DNA of 53,299 nucleotides from a virus (Duplodnaviria > Caudoviricetes): IMG/VR virus record IMGVR_UViG_3300033145_000217, positions 1 to 53,299 of that record; one strand, written 5' to 3'. Made by a program: the position numbers and the translations under genes. Shown piece after piece: positions 39,432 through 47,183 of the stretch. The notes under the pieces are model-generated. The model worked only from the letters and a program-made list of their open reading frames with translations, did not search any database and had not been told where the DNA came from. Numbering within the stretch: the stretch's first letter is position 1; each line of letters opens with the position of its first letter.

Positions 39432-39962
39432 TTAATCTAATCTTGTGAAGAAGCCACTTTCCGCAGCTTCAAATTGTTGTTTAGTTATACGTCTTTTATT
39501 GCCACTTGAATCGACTACGTATATCATATTGTCATTCATTGATTTAAGCCTCAACGCTTGGTTAAGGTAACCCTCAAATTTAGAGGCATTAAATATCGTT
39601 GATGGACGCAGATATTGCGACATTGTTAAATCGTTTTTCCATTTTGAGTAGATAGTTTCAATAACAAGGAACATCTCATTGATAGTGTTTCCATCGTTTA
39701 ATCTTGCGCGTATAAGTCTCCTGTGTCCTTCTGTTTTTAATTTATACGTAGAACCCCATACCTTATTCATTTTAAGTATAATCTCATCAATAAGAGCCTC
39801 TTTTATAACGTCTTTTTCAGGTTCTAAGCTACGTTTTAATAATTGTTGTAAGTCTTTAGTCAAGTGCCCTATGGAGGACTCATTAAGACAGAGAACAGAG
39901 CGACCCCCGATTTCGGCAGGGATCGCATTATCTCTTATCAGCTTATCTATTTCAGCTTTCAT
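39432..39962 (-). CDS. Protein with 'conserved phage C-terminus' (Phg_2220_C) replication-initiator-type domain
   Basis: LIRARLNDG...W..D..M.QYLRPSTIF..KFEGYLNQ signature. Confidence 0.8.
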   Translation of the reverse strand: MKAEIDKLIRDNAIPAEIGGRSVLCLNESSIGHLTKDLQQLLKRSLEPEKDVIKEALIDEIILKMNKVWGSTYKLKTEGHRRLIRARLNDGNTINEMFLVIETIYSKWKNDLTMSQYLRPSTIFNASKFEGYLNQALRLKSMNDNMIYVVDSSGNKRRITKQQFEAAESGFFTRLD

Positions 39963-39996
39963 TTAGTAAATATCTATCTCCGTTGCATCACACTTG

Positions 39997-40362
39997 TTAA
40001 AAGGGTAAATCTGTATCCTCATCATCCGCAGGTGGAGCAGCTCCCTGAGGTTCAACTTCAATAGTTGGTGAGTCTGGTATACCAGTACCCTTTTCAACTA
40101 TACTAACCTTCCAAGCGTTGATTGACGGATAATGCTTACCTTGATACTCATTACTTCTTAGGTTAATACTAACTCTAACCTTATCTCCAACGGCCATAGC
40201 GTCAAAGATAGCAAGATTCTTTTGAGAAGCATCAATAGGAATATGCTGCTCAAAATCTCCCGGCTCAATAGTCAATAGAATTGTCTTCTTCTTAAATGAA
40301 CCTTCATTAAATTCTTGAAGCCCTCCGATTTCTTTAATAATTCCCTCTAATTCCAAATTCAT
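39997..40362 (-). CDS. Single-stranded DNA-binding protein (DUF3127 type)
   Basis: LEGII...F.KK...VGDKVRVSINLRSNEYQGKHY.SINAWK; acidic tail DDEDTDLPF. Confidence 0.85.
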   Translation of the reverse strand: MNLELEGIIKEIGGLQEFNEGSFKKKTILLTIEPGDFEQHIPIDASQKNLAIFDAMAVGDKVRVSINLRSNEYQGKHYPSINAWKVSIVEKGTGIPDSPTIEVEPQGAAPPADDEDTDLPF

Positions 40363-40367
40363 AATTA

Positions 40368-40667
40368 TTATTTTAAATAGTTAATAAATGCCCTTACAGT
40401 ATCCCGGCCTTTTTGTGTTATAGAATACATTCTACATAAACCTTTAAATGAATTCTCAGTCCTTGACACCTTTATGTAATTATGTTCTTTCATCTTCTTA
40501 AGTGAGGTTACAACTGTGTACCTCGATAAAACTAACGTGTATATTAAATCGTCAATACCCATCCACATCTCATCTCCAAGCGCAAGGAGTACTTTTAAGT
40601 CGTGTCTTGTCATCCCTGTTTCTTTTGCGAAATCGTAGACAGCTCTTGTATATCCTCCTATTTTCAT
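40368..40667 (-). CDS. MarR-like winged-helix DNA-binding protein
   Basis: LSRYTVVTSLKKM..HNYI and R.YSITQKG wing. Confidence 0.7.
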   Translation of the reverse strand: MKIGGYTRAVYDFAKETGMTRHDLKVLLALGDEMWMGIDDLIYTLVLSRYTVVTSLKKMKEHNYIKVSRTENSFKGLCRMYSITQKGRDTVRAFINYLK

Positions 40668-41488
40668 TTCATATCGCTTTGGTTTCTTAGTCCTAAGATT
40701 TTAACCTGCTTAATACTTGGCACTTCCGTTTTCCATACGCAAGTTTCACGCATAGGACACTTCATGCATCTTTTCATCTCAGGTCTCGCCTCAAGATTAT
40801 CTATGTCTCCTAAAAACGCTCTGATAACCTTGATTTCTTTCTCAAGAGCCTCCATCACATCATCGAAATTCTCGATTTCAATCTCCCACATATCATGGTC
40901 AATCTCATTCTTAGGTGAATGTAGAGCATAAAAGAACGGAACATCGTAAACTCCTTTCTCTTTCCAATACACATACTTGTAAAAGATAGGCTGAATCGTC
41001 AGCTTATGCCTATACGTATATGTCTCAGGAGTCCAGCCCATAGGATGCCACTTATCACCCAACAACCCGGAGAATTTAAGATCAAGGATCGCCACATCAT
41101 GTTCTGGTGTAGTCACCAATGCATCCGTTATAATTTTTAAGTCTCCGTGAGTTATGACGGTTCCCGTATCAATTATCTCAAATCCATGTGCATAAAGCAT
41201 CTTTATAAAGTTGGCAGCTTGGACGGAAGCTCTTTTAGAGTCAGCGGTAAGCAGTCCTTTTGTGGTTAGAATAGCAGGAGGAACCTCTCCATCTCTTGTC
41301 TTCTGTCCTGTAGATAAATATTCAAAGTAATTACCGAGTTTCATAGAATCAGAAGGTTCCTTGTCGTACTTATACAGAATATCAACATCCCTTAATTGAA
41401 CACCACATGCACCTTCGTACAGGTATGCCCAAATGTTTTTAATAAGGGATTGACTAATATTGACATTATCCTTTCCTTTAACCTTCAT
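40664..41488 (-). CDS. PD-(D/E)XK exonuclease, Cas4/AddB-like
   Basis: ISQS..K, TD...ILDLK, Q...Y, and C-terminal CMKCP...C with an N-terminal Cys (Fe-S staple pattern). Confidence 0.7.
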   Translation of the reverse strand: MKVKGKDNVNISQSLIKNIWAYLYEGACGVQLRDVDILYKYDKEPSDSMKLGNYFEYLSTGQKTRDGEVPPAILTTKGLLTADSKRASVQAANFIKMLYAHGFEIIDTGTVITHGDLKIITDALVTTPEHDVAILDLKFSGLLGDKWHPMGWTPETYTYRHKLTIQPIFYKYVYWKEKGVYDVPFFYALHSPKNEIDHDMWEIEIENFDDVMEALEKEIKVIRAFLGDIDNLEARPEMKRCMKCPMRETCVWKTEVPSIKQVKILGLRNQSDMK

Positions 41489-42200
41489 TTTCTGTTTCTT
41501 TTACGTCATTAACCGCTTTTGCTTCTTTCGCTTGTTTACCATATTTACCGATAGCGGCTTTAAATCCTTTAACGTTGTGGAGTTGTGGATTATCCTTCCA
41601 TAGTCCCATAACATCATCAGGCATTCCAAGCTTTGCGGCTTTCAGCGCGGTAGACTTAATGACTTTAGCTTGAGCCTCAAGTTCTTTCATCTTCTTATCC
41701 ATTTCATCTTGAGCGGCAGCATTGTTCTTTTTAGCTGCTTCCTCATTCTTCTTAACTGCCTCACCTTTAACCGTGTTAACATATTTATTATCATCCCACA
41801 TCCCCAAAAATACATCCGCATTGAAACCAAGCTTAGATAAACCTTTCGTCAGGGCATCGGTTGCAACCTTCTTCACGCATTCATCATCAAGCCTACCGTT
41901 ATTATTATGGGTGGCGATTGAAGAAGAAATTCCAAACACATAAACGTTTCCATCGGCTTCATCGTCCTCCCACCAAAATTCAGCCTTATAAAGCAGAAGT
42001 CCATCCACACCCGGAACGTTATAAAAATTCTCATGTCTCACCCCCCATCCTTTACCGATAGGCCCGAATACCTCCGTAGCCCTCTTAATCTGATGTTGTG
42101 CATTGATAGCGTTGAACTTACGCCCGAAAGAAACCTCTTTAATTGAGGCTGGATCACTTTTTTGAACTTGATCCCAAATGTTCATGTTTTTATCACTCAT
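41478..42200 (-). CDS. Single-strand annealing protein (Rad52/Sak-like)
   Basis: ATEVFGPIGKGWG, KKVATDALTK..S.LG..ADVF.G.WD; paired with the exonuclease and SSB. Confidence 0.75.
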   Translation of the reverse strand: MSDKNMNIWDQVQKSDPASIKEVSFGRKFNAINAQHQIKRATEVFGPIGKGWGVRHENFYNVPGVDGLLLYKAEFWWEDDEADGNVYVFGISSSIATHNNNGRLDDECVKKVATDALTKGLSKLGFNADVFLGMWDDNKYVNTVKGEAVKKNEEAAKKNNAAAQDEMDKKMKELEAQAKVIKSTALKAAKLGMPDDVMGLWKDNPQLHNVKGFKAAIGKYGKQAKEAKAVNDVKETENEG

Positions 42201-42225
42201 CTTCTATTAAATTTAGTTAATATTG

Positions 42226-42257
42226 CGAAGTTAATTCTTATTAATGACAATTCCTAA
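42226..42257 (-). promoter_or_regulatory. Bacteroidota-type promoter for recombination/replication operon
   Basis: Minus strand TTAG (42257-42254), 20-bp spacer, TAACTTCG (42233-42226). Confidence 0.65.
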
Positions 42258-42727
42258 TTTATAGACAATATATTTGATATATTAACCATACTTGGATGAA
42301 ATTCATTATATTTAACCATGTTAGGCTCGTTATTTATTATTGTTGTATCTGTGAGCACGCTGAAAACCGGATTGTGATAGTTCGTTATCCTCACAAGATT
42401 ATCCTCGTAATATATCACTACTCCTTTTGATTCCTCTCCATTTTTATCGTAGTAAAGAAGCTTATGAGTATATGTAAATGCTATAACATTCTCATCCTGT
42501 CCCTCTATAATGCTTTTAACAAATTCAGGAATTATTATTACGGATTGTATCGCGTAATCAAGGGTATTACCACATGTTAATATATATAATATTGAGGGTA
42601 ATGTGTCTATTCCATAAATAGCAAGGTTTTCATTCACTTTACCAACTGTATATGATTTGAAGTTTTTAATCATCAAAAGATCAGATACAGCTACCCTCGT
42701 TAATTTTTCTTTATTATGATATCTCAT
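42254..42727 (-). CDS. Hypothetical protein
   Basis: 157-aa ORF; no motif recognised. Confidence 0.55.
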   Translation of the reverse strand: MRYHNKEKLTRVAVSDLLMIKNFKSYTVGKVNENLAIYGIDTLPSILYILTCGNTLDYAIQSVIIIPEFVKSIIEGQDENVIAFTYTHKLLYYDKNGEESKGVVIYYEDNLVRITNYHNPVFSVLTDTTIINNEPNMVKYNEFHPSMVNISNILSIN

Positions 42728-42804
42728 TATTTAAATATAAAACAATTGGTTTTCATATCATTCTATCAAAGTTGGAGCTTGTTTTCATCCATAGTTTCTA
42801 TTGT

Positions 42805-43185
42805 TTAAAATCGTTCAAAGTAGAATACAACATTGAGATTGGTTTCTGTAACCAACCCGTATCTTTTAGCAATCTTATATTGAGTTGAATCCCTGTTTAA
42901 TGAAGTGATGAATCCTTTGATCAGATTACGGAAATCTTCAAGACTCATTGAATGTTTATTGATATTACAGCTTGGACATGATGGCATTTGGTTTTCGATG
43001 GTCAGCCTCTCAGGGTGTTCATACGTCCCATCATGTACATATTTGGTCTTAGCTGTATTCCACTTCATATTTCTGCGAACAGGAAGTAGTTCATCAACGT
43101 GCCACCCCTTTTGAAGCTCACATCCACAATAAGCACATCGACCATTATACTTTGAATAAATTAATTCCCGATCCTTTGCTTTCAT
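42805..43185 (-). CDS. HNH-family protein (Zn-binding), canonical DH replaced by DE
   Basis: GRCAYCG, WHVDELLP, ENQMPSCPSCNINKH. Confidence 0.8.
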   Translation of the reverse strand: MKAKDRELIYSKYNGRCAYCGCELQKGWHVDELLPVRRNMKWNTAKTKYVHDGTYEHPERLTIENQMPSCPSCNINKHSMSLEDFRNLIKGFITSLNRDSTQYKIAKRYGLVTETNLNVVFYFERF

Positions 43186-43208
43186 CTCTTATTATTTAGT
43201 TGATGGGG

Positions 43209-43346
43209 TTAAAAATCAAGTTCCTTTGATAATTGATTATATCTATCGGCGTCCTTTTGTGTCCATCCATAAGATGCTTTTTTCTCTAAAAGGTCTTCCA
43301 TTTCCTGTTTGGCTTCACGCTCCCATATGTCTCTATAAATACTCAT
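43209..43346 (-). CDS. Small hypothetical protein (45 aa, MSIYRDIWEREAKQ...)
   Basis: Hand-translated; ATGA-coupled to the upstream gene. Confidence 0.55.
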   Translation of the reverse strand: MSIYRDIWEREAKQEMEDLLEKKASYGWTQKDADRYNQLSKELDF

Positions 43347-43672
43347 TCCTCCCCCTCCTCTCCATAAATAAGATCGTGAATGGCTTGAGCTATTCTGTTT
43401 ACTAACTCATCATGATGCCCTTCTAATTCATTGATTTCATTAGCATCCAATCCGGTTATATCCAATGGCTGTAAGTGTATATTAATAATATCCTCAATCT
43501 TCCCTACACTCATCTCCACAGGTTCAAGCCACCAATCCATACTGTATTTTTGTATAGTTACGTTAGTTTCAAGGGTTATCTCTTGGTCGTCATCATTACC
43601 AGAATAGACAACACCCCCATCTTTCGGTAACCTTTCGCTGCATTGTGCCTTTCTGAATAGTTCTGTTTTCAT
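43343..43672 (-). CDS. Hypothetical modular protein
   Basis: SERLP...WWLEPV N-terminal module plus a helical C-terminal module. Confidence 0.6.
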   Translation of the reverse strand: MKTELFRKAQCSERLPKDGGVVYSGNDDDQEITLETNVTIQKYSMDWWLEPVEMSVGKIEDIINIHLQPLDITGLDANEINELEGHHDELVNRIAQAIHDLIYGEEGEE

Positions 43673-44175
43673 GGTTTCTTATTTAGTTGTTTGATAGCAG
43701 CCTTAAAACTCGGCTTACTCATTACGCTACGATTAGGGGCGTATTTTTGCCATAGTTCGTCAATCTGTTCATTACTCACAGGCCGCACCCCTCGTGCAGC
43801 TTTGTATCCATCAATATATCCAACTTCAAGCCCACACCTTGACTGGCTTCCATCCTTTTCATTGGGTAATATTTCCTTTGAATATTCCTCTGCCATTTTG
43901 TCAAGCTCTTCCTCAGTTATGGTATGTGCAGAATTTGCACTTTGCTCTTTTAGCCGTGCAAAGCCGTCGGGGTGTGATATAGATATAATTGCATCTACTA
44001 TATATTCAGCACTAAAATCCGTCGATCTCATAGAGCTTTTAACAACATCTAATAAGGTGTCTCTTGTCCATCCTTCTGTACTCACCTCTTCATTATCCAT
44101 AACAATCTCTCCCTCAGTTATGGCATGTGCAGAATTTGCACTTTGCTTTCGGAGGTGTGGAGTTCTTTTTCCCAT
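43669..44175 (-). CDS. Hypothetical mosaic protein with duplicated QSANSAH(A/T)ITE linker
   Basis: Internal repeat visible at both DNA and protein level; true start uncertain. Confidence 0.55.
   Translation of the reverse strand: MGKRTPHLRKQSANSAHAITEGEIVMDNEEVSTEGWTRDTLLDVVKSSMRSTDFSAEYIVDAIISISHPDGFARLKEQSANSAHTITEEELDKMAEEYSKEILPNEKDGSQSRCGLEVGYIDGYKAARGVRPVSNEQIDELWQKYAPNRSVMSKPSFKAAIKQLNKKP
43906..44147. repeat. 41-bp direct repeat pair (43906-43946 and 44107-44147, 2 mismatches) with internal GTGCA-N5-TGCAC palindrome
   Basis: Core CCTCAGTTATGG(T/C)ATGTGCAGAATTTGCACTTTGCT; offset 201 bp = 67 codons. Confidence 0.92.
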
Positions 44176-44774
44176 GATTTATTAAAATCATAAATAGCCA
44201 AAATCGGAGATTTTCCAAACCCAGCCACACCACTCTGTAAATCTTTACCCCAAAGCACACACCACATATCACCATCTATAAAGATTTCTGGCTTAAGAAG
44301 TGCCACCAAGTTGTATTCTTCAGATTCAATAAGTCGATTCATGATGGACTGATGTTGAATGTCCGCATCACCATGTAACCGACTGGCTAATTCTCTTGAA
44401 TTTTGATCGTTTAACATAATCTGTATATTTTCAATATTTGCATATTCTTTGCAATGAGTAATAAGATGATATTTCAGGCCTATTAGATCAAAGCCACCAT
44501 CTCCACAAAACGGGCAAGCTATCTCACTCACCCCCTCAGAGTACAGGGAGTCGATAAATTGCTTCAATTCTTCGATCTTACCCTTACCAAACTCAGCACC
44601 AGTAGATGTTTTCCACCATCCATCATTATCATCACAATCATTCTTATCAATGCCCTTAAACATGCGGGTGGTTGAATCTTCAATCAGTTCGCGTCTATCC
44701 TTGAGTGAGGCGTCCCAAGAAAATCTATTTACGAGTTGATTCAGTATTGCAATAATATCCTGCTTCGTTTTCAT
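44118..44774 (-). CDS. Hypothetical three-module fusion protein (GWW.TSTGAEFG module, CxxC..H..C Zn finger, DG..WC.L.G..LQ.GVAGFG module)
   Basis: Distinct motif blocks read from the translation. Confidence 0.6.
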   Translation of the reverse strand: MKTKQDIIAILNQLVNRFSWDASLKDRRELIEDSTTRMFKGIDKNDCDDNDGWWKTSTGAEFGKGKIEELKQFIDSLYSEGVSEIACPFCGDGGFDLIGLKYHLITHCKEYANIENIQIMLNDQNSRELASRLHGDADIQHQSIMNRLIESEEYNLVALLKPEIFIDGDMWCVLWGKDLQSGVAGFGKSPILAIYDFNKSWEKELHTSESKVQILHMP

Positions 44775-44836
44775 GGTTTCTTCTTTTTATTTTTCATCGC
44801 TTGTTTTAATAGTCCCGCTTTCATTTTAATTTATTT

Positions 44837-45130
44837 TTATGAATAACTCCAAGTAAATCCGCCCGCACTTTTTAATGTTCCTCCACACGCTCTTGATATG
44901 CTGCTTATTGCTATTCCTGTTTCCTCTGATGCATTCTGCATTGAGAAATATCGCTTTATTTTACCACTAGGTGATAGTTGCTTAACCCCTCTTGCTCTGC
45001 GCGCCTTCATTCCATTTGCCATGATACCCATAACTTCTTTGTCACATTCTGTACAGGTTACATCTTCACTGGGACTAAGGAGACAACCACACAATAAGCA
45101 GAAGTCTCTGGTAGTTATTTGATCATCCAT
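44837..45130 (-). CDS. Zn-ribbon plus NUMOD1-type DNA-binding protein
   Basis: CLLC...CTEC; VKQLS..G..IKRYFSM..AS..TGI..SSISRAC.G..KSAGGFTW.Y. Confidence 0.75.
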   Translation of the reverse strand: MDDQITTRDFCLLCGCLLSPSEDVTCTECDKEVMGIMANGMKARRARGVKQLSPSGKIKRYFSMQNASEETGIAISSISRACGGTLKSAGGFTWSYS

Positions 45131-45166
45131 ATGATTTTTTTTATAACTTTAAGTTTTAATTGTTTG

Positions 45167-45197
45167 TAAAGGTAATTATTTAATTTGTATTTCCTAA
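45167..45197 (-). promoter_or_regulatory. Bacteroidota-type promoter (minus strand)
   Basis: TTAG (45197-45194), 19-bp spacer, TACCTTTA (45174-45167). Confidence 0.55.
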
Positions 45198-45373
45198 TTT
45201 ATTTCTATCTTTTTTTTAGGTGAGAATATCCAGCATAGTATCATTCCGGCTAAAGGACTTGTTACTACGCATAGCAACACAGCCCACCAAAAATCTATCT
45301 TTCTGTTTTTAGCGCCAAAGTGTGCAAATAATAATGCTAATCCAATCCAGATAATCCATGTGAGTGCTTCCAT
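45194..45373 (-). CDS. Small multi-TM membrane protein (59 aa)
   Basis: Hand-translated MEALTWIIWIGLALLFAHFGAKNRKIDFWWAVLLCVVTSPLAGMILCWIFSPKKKIEIN. Confidence 0.6.
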   Translation of the reverse strand: MEALTWIIWIGLALLFAHFGAKNRKIDFWWAVLLCVVTSPLAGMILCWIFSPKKKIEIN

Positions 45374-45421
45374 TTTTGTTTCTTTTATTATTTCTTTTTT
45401 TTATATCAGTATATTGATATT

Positions 45422-45450
45422 TATTCATTGAATAGTCTATTCATTGAATA
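45422..45450. repeat. Two tandem 13-bp palindromes TATTCA-T-TGAATA
   Basis: Copies at 45422-45434 and 45438-45450 in an AT-rich intergenic gap. Confidence 0.8.
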
Positions 45451-45485
45451 TATATAAACTTATATAAAGAATATATCATAATATT

Positions 45486-45647
45486 TTACAATTCCAAATC
45501 TTTTACTTGATTTCTTAAATTTCTACCAAGTTCTGCATCGTTAGGATACTCATCTACAAACTTTTGCAGGGTATCTATTATTAAACCACGAATCCATACT
45601 TGGTTCTTATCAATATTGTCTATTTCTAATGATTTTTTTAAGTTCAT
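45486..45647 (-). CDS. Small hypothetical protein (53 aa) with YPNDAELG motif
   Basis: Hand-translated; immediately downstream of rtcB. Confidence 0.55.
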   Translation of the reverse strand: MNLKKSLEIDNIDKNQVWIRGLIIDTLQKFVDEYPNDAELGRNLRNQVKDLEL

Positions 45648-45650
45648 ATC

Positions 45651-46823
45651 TTATCCTTTTACAACTGCCAAAGGGGTCAGTTTTTTGATTATCTTTACTA
45701 AATCAGACTGATTATCCATAACGGTATCAATGTCTTTATATGCACCCGGAGCCTCATCAAGATCGCTCTCAGATACCATACCGTGAATAATTCCATCCAT
45801 CTTTTTCATCTCTATGTCAAAATCAAGCTCTTTTTTAGCTTGGTTCCTTCCCATATTTCGACCTGCTCCATGTGAACATGACATAAAACTCTCAGGATTA
45901 CCGAGTCCTTCTACGATATATGAACTTGTACCCTGCGATCCCGGTACGATACCAATCTCTCCTTTTTTGGCTGACGTAGCTCCCTTTCTGTGAACCATAA
46001 CATTCTCCCCGAAATGGTTCTCCATCCTAGCATAATTATGGGCAATGTTTATGGTATCAGTCCACTCCATGTCATCAATGAACGAATCTATTATTAACAC
46101 TATTGTTCGTAGCATAACATGCCTATTCATCTCAGCCCAATCTACACAATACTGCATCGCCTCCATGTATGCCATACCTTCATCTGTTGATAGTGGTAGG
46201 TATGCTAAGTCATGAGATGGCGGTGTGCCTGATTTCCACTGCTCATTTTTTAACTTTGCCACACCATTGAATATACCAGCAATAGTATGTCCTAAATTCC
46301 TACTACCTGAGTGAATCATAATACCAACCTTACCTTGGTCATCCTCTTGAATCTCAATAAAATGATTACCACTGCCAAGAGTCCCTATTTGTTTAGCTGA
46401 TTTTTCACCTAAACTATTACTCTTATATAACATAGACTGAATAAAATTCACATGTTGAGGTATATCAGGCATGGTAGCTATCGACTTCTCATGCGACTTG
46501 AATCCTACAGGAACTTTATGTTTTATAGCAGTTATTATATCTTTCAAATACGGTTCGAATTCCTCTCTTGTTTTGCTTGTTCCCTGATACAACATTCCAC
46601 ACCCAATATCAACGCCAACTGCATTTGGGATTACATATCCTTTTGCAGCCATAACGCCACCAATAGGCATACCATACCCTTGATGAGTGTCAGGCATAAG
46701 CGCAATATGTTTAAATGAGAATGGTAGACTAGCCAAGTTCTTAGCTTGGTCGATTGCTCCTTGATCCACGTCTTCGAGCCACATCTTTATCGGGATACGC
46801 CCGGAACTAATTACTTTTTTCAT
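45651..46823 (-). CDS. rtcB: RtcB RNA ligase (3'-phosphate/2',3'-cyclic phosphate to 5'-OH)
   Basis: MPDTHQGYGMPIGG, VGVDIGCGM, GTLGSGNHFIE, HSGSR, HNY, HRKGAT, PGSQG, SCSHGAGR and DEAPGAYK. Confidence 0.96.
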   Translation of the reverse strand: MKKVISSGRIPIKMWLEDVDQGAIDQAKNLASLPFSFKHIALMPDTHQGYGMPIGGVMAAKGYVIPNAVGVDIGCGMLYQGTSKTREEFEPYLKDIITAIKHKVPVGFKSHEKSIATMPDIPQHVNFIQSMLYKSNSLGEKSAKQIGTLGSGNHFIEIQEDDQGKVGIMIHSGSRNLGHTIAGIFNGVAKLKNEQWKSGTPPSHDLAYLPLSTDEGMAYMEAMQYCVDWAEMNRHVMLRTIVLIIDSFIDDMEWTDTINIAHNYARMENHFGENVMVHRKGATSAKKGEIGIVPGSQGTSSYIVEGLGNPESFMSCSHGAGRNMGRNQAKKELDFDIEMKKMDGIIHGMVSESDLDEAPGAYKDIDTVMDNQSDLVKIIKKLTPLAVVKG

Positions 46824-46833
46824 ATGTTTAATT

Positions 46834-46986
46834 TTATGTTAATGCTTCTGACACTTCTATGTAGTATCCATTCGGATGTTTACGCTCCGCTATTGATGTA
46901 GCTTGGAGAATATTACCAGCCTTTACAGGTTCATAAAAGCTTTTCTCTGTCGATATAGCTTCAAAGTACGCTAAAAAATAACTCAT
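46834..46986 (-). CDS. Small hypothetical protein (50 aa)
   Basis: Hand-translated MSYFLAYFEAISTEK...; ATGA-coupled to the upstream gene. Confidence 0.5.
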   Translation of the reverse strand: MSYFLAYFEAISTEKSFYEPVKAGNILQATSIAERKHPNGYYIEVSEALT

Positions 46987-47183
46987 GGTTCTAAATTATA
47001 TGTTTCAAAATAATATTCTGTATCGCAGGAATTATTTTTCTCGGAAAGCTCCGCTACCCTAACTCTTGCGGATTTCTCAGTTTCGTATATAGTAACCACC
47101 TCTTTATAAGTTCCGTGATAATCCACACTTTCAGCTTCAATTACAAGATACACTTTCATAGTTTCATACTTTTGGAATTTCAC
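46983..47183 (-). CDS. Small hypothetical protein
   Basis: MKVYLV...V.IY.TEKSA...YFE.Y.LE pattern common in small phage early proteins. Confidence 0.55.
   Translation of the reverse strand: MKFQKYETMKVYLVIEAESVDYHGTYKEVVTIYETEKSARVRVAELSEKNNSCDTEYYFETYNLEP

Larger units (their letters stand above)
43665..44782. repeat. 16-bp exact direct repeat pair GTTTTCATGGTTTCTT (43665-43680 and 44767-44782)
   Basis: Both copies are stop/start junctions (minus strand AAGAAACCA-TGA overlapping ATG-AAAAC). Confidence 0.85.

Noticed and set aside
39432-39962. Iteron-containing origin within the initiator-like gene
   Set aside because: No repeated iterons or AT-rich unwinding tract visible by eye.
40664-41488. 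Cas4-like gene as evidence of a CRISPR-Cas system
   Set aside because: It sits with SSAP and SSB in a standard phage recombination module; no cas1/cas2 or array.
43906-44147. 36-41-bp palindromic repeat as a mini CRISPR array
   Set aside because: Only two copies about 160 bp apart, in frame inside a coding region, with no cas operon; treated instead as a linker repeat.
46545-46570. GGTTCGAAT T-loop-like sequence suggesting a tRNA
   Set aside because: Lies within the rtcB coding region; no cloverleaf could be built. tRNAscan-SE would confirm.
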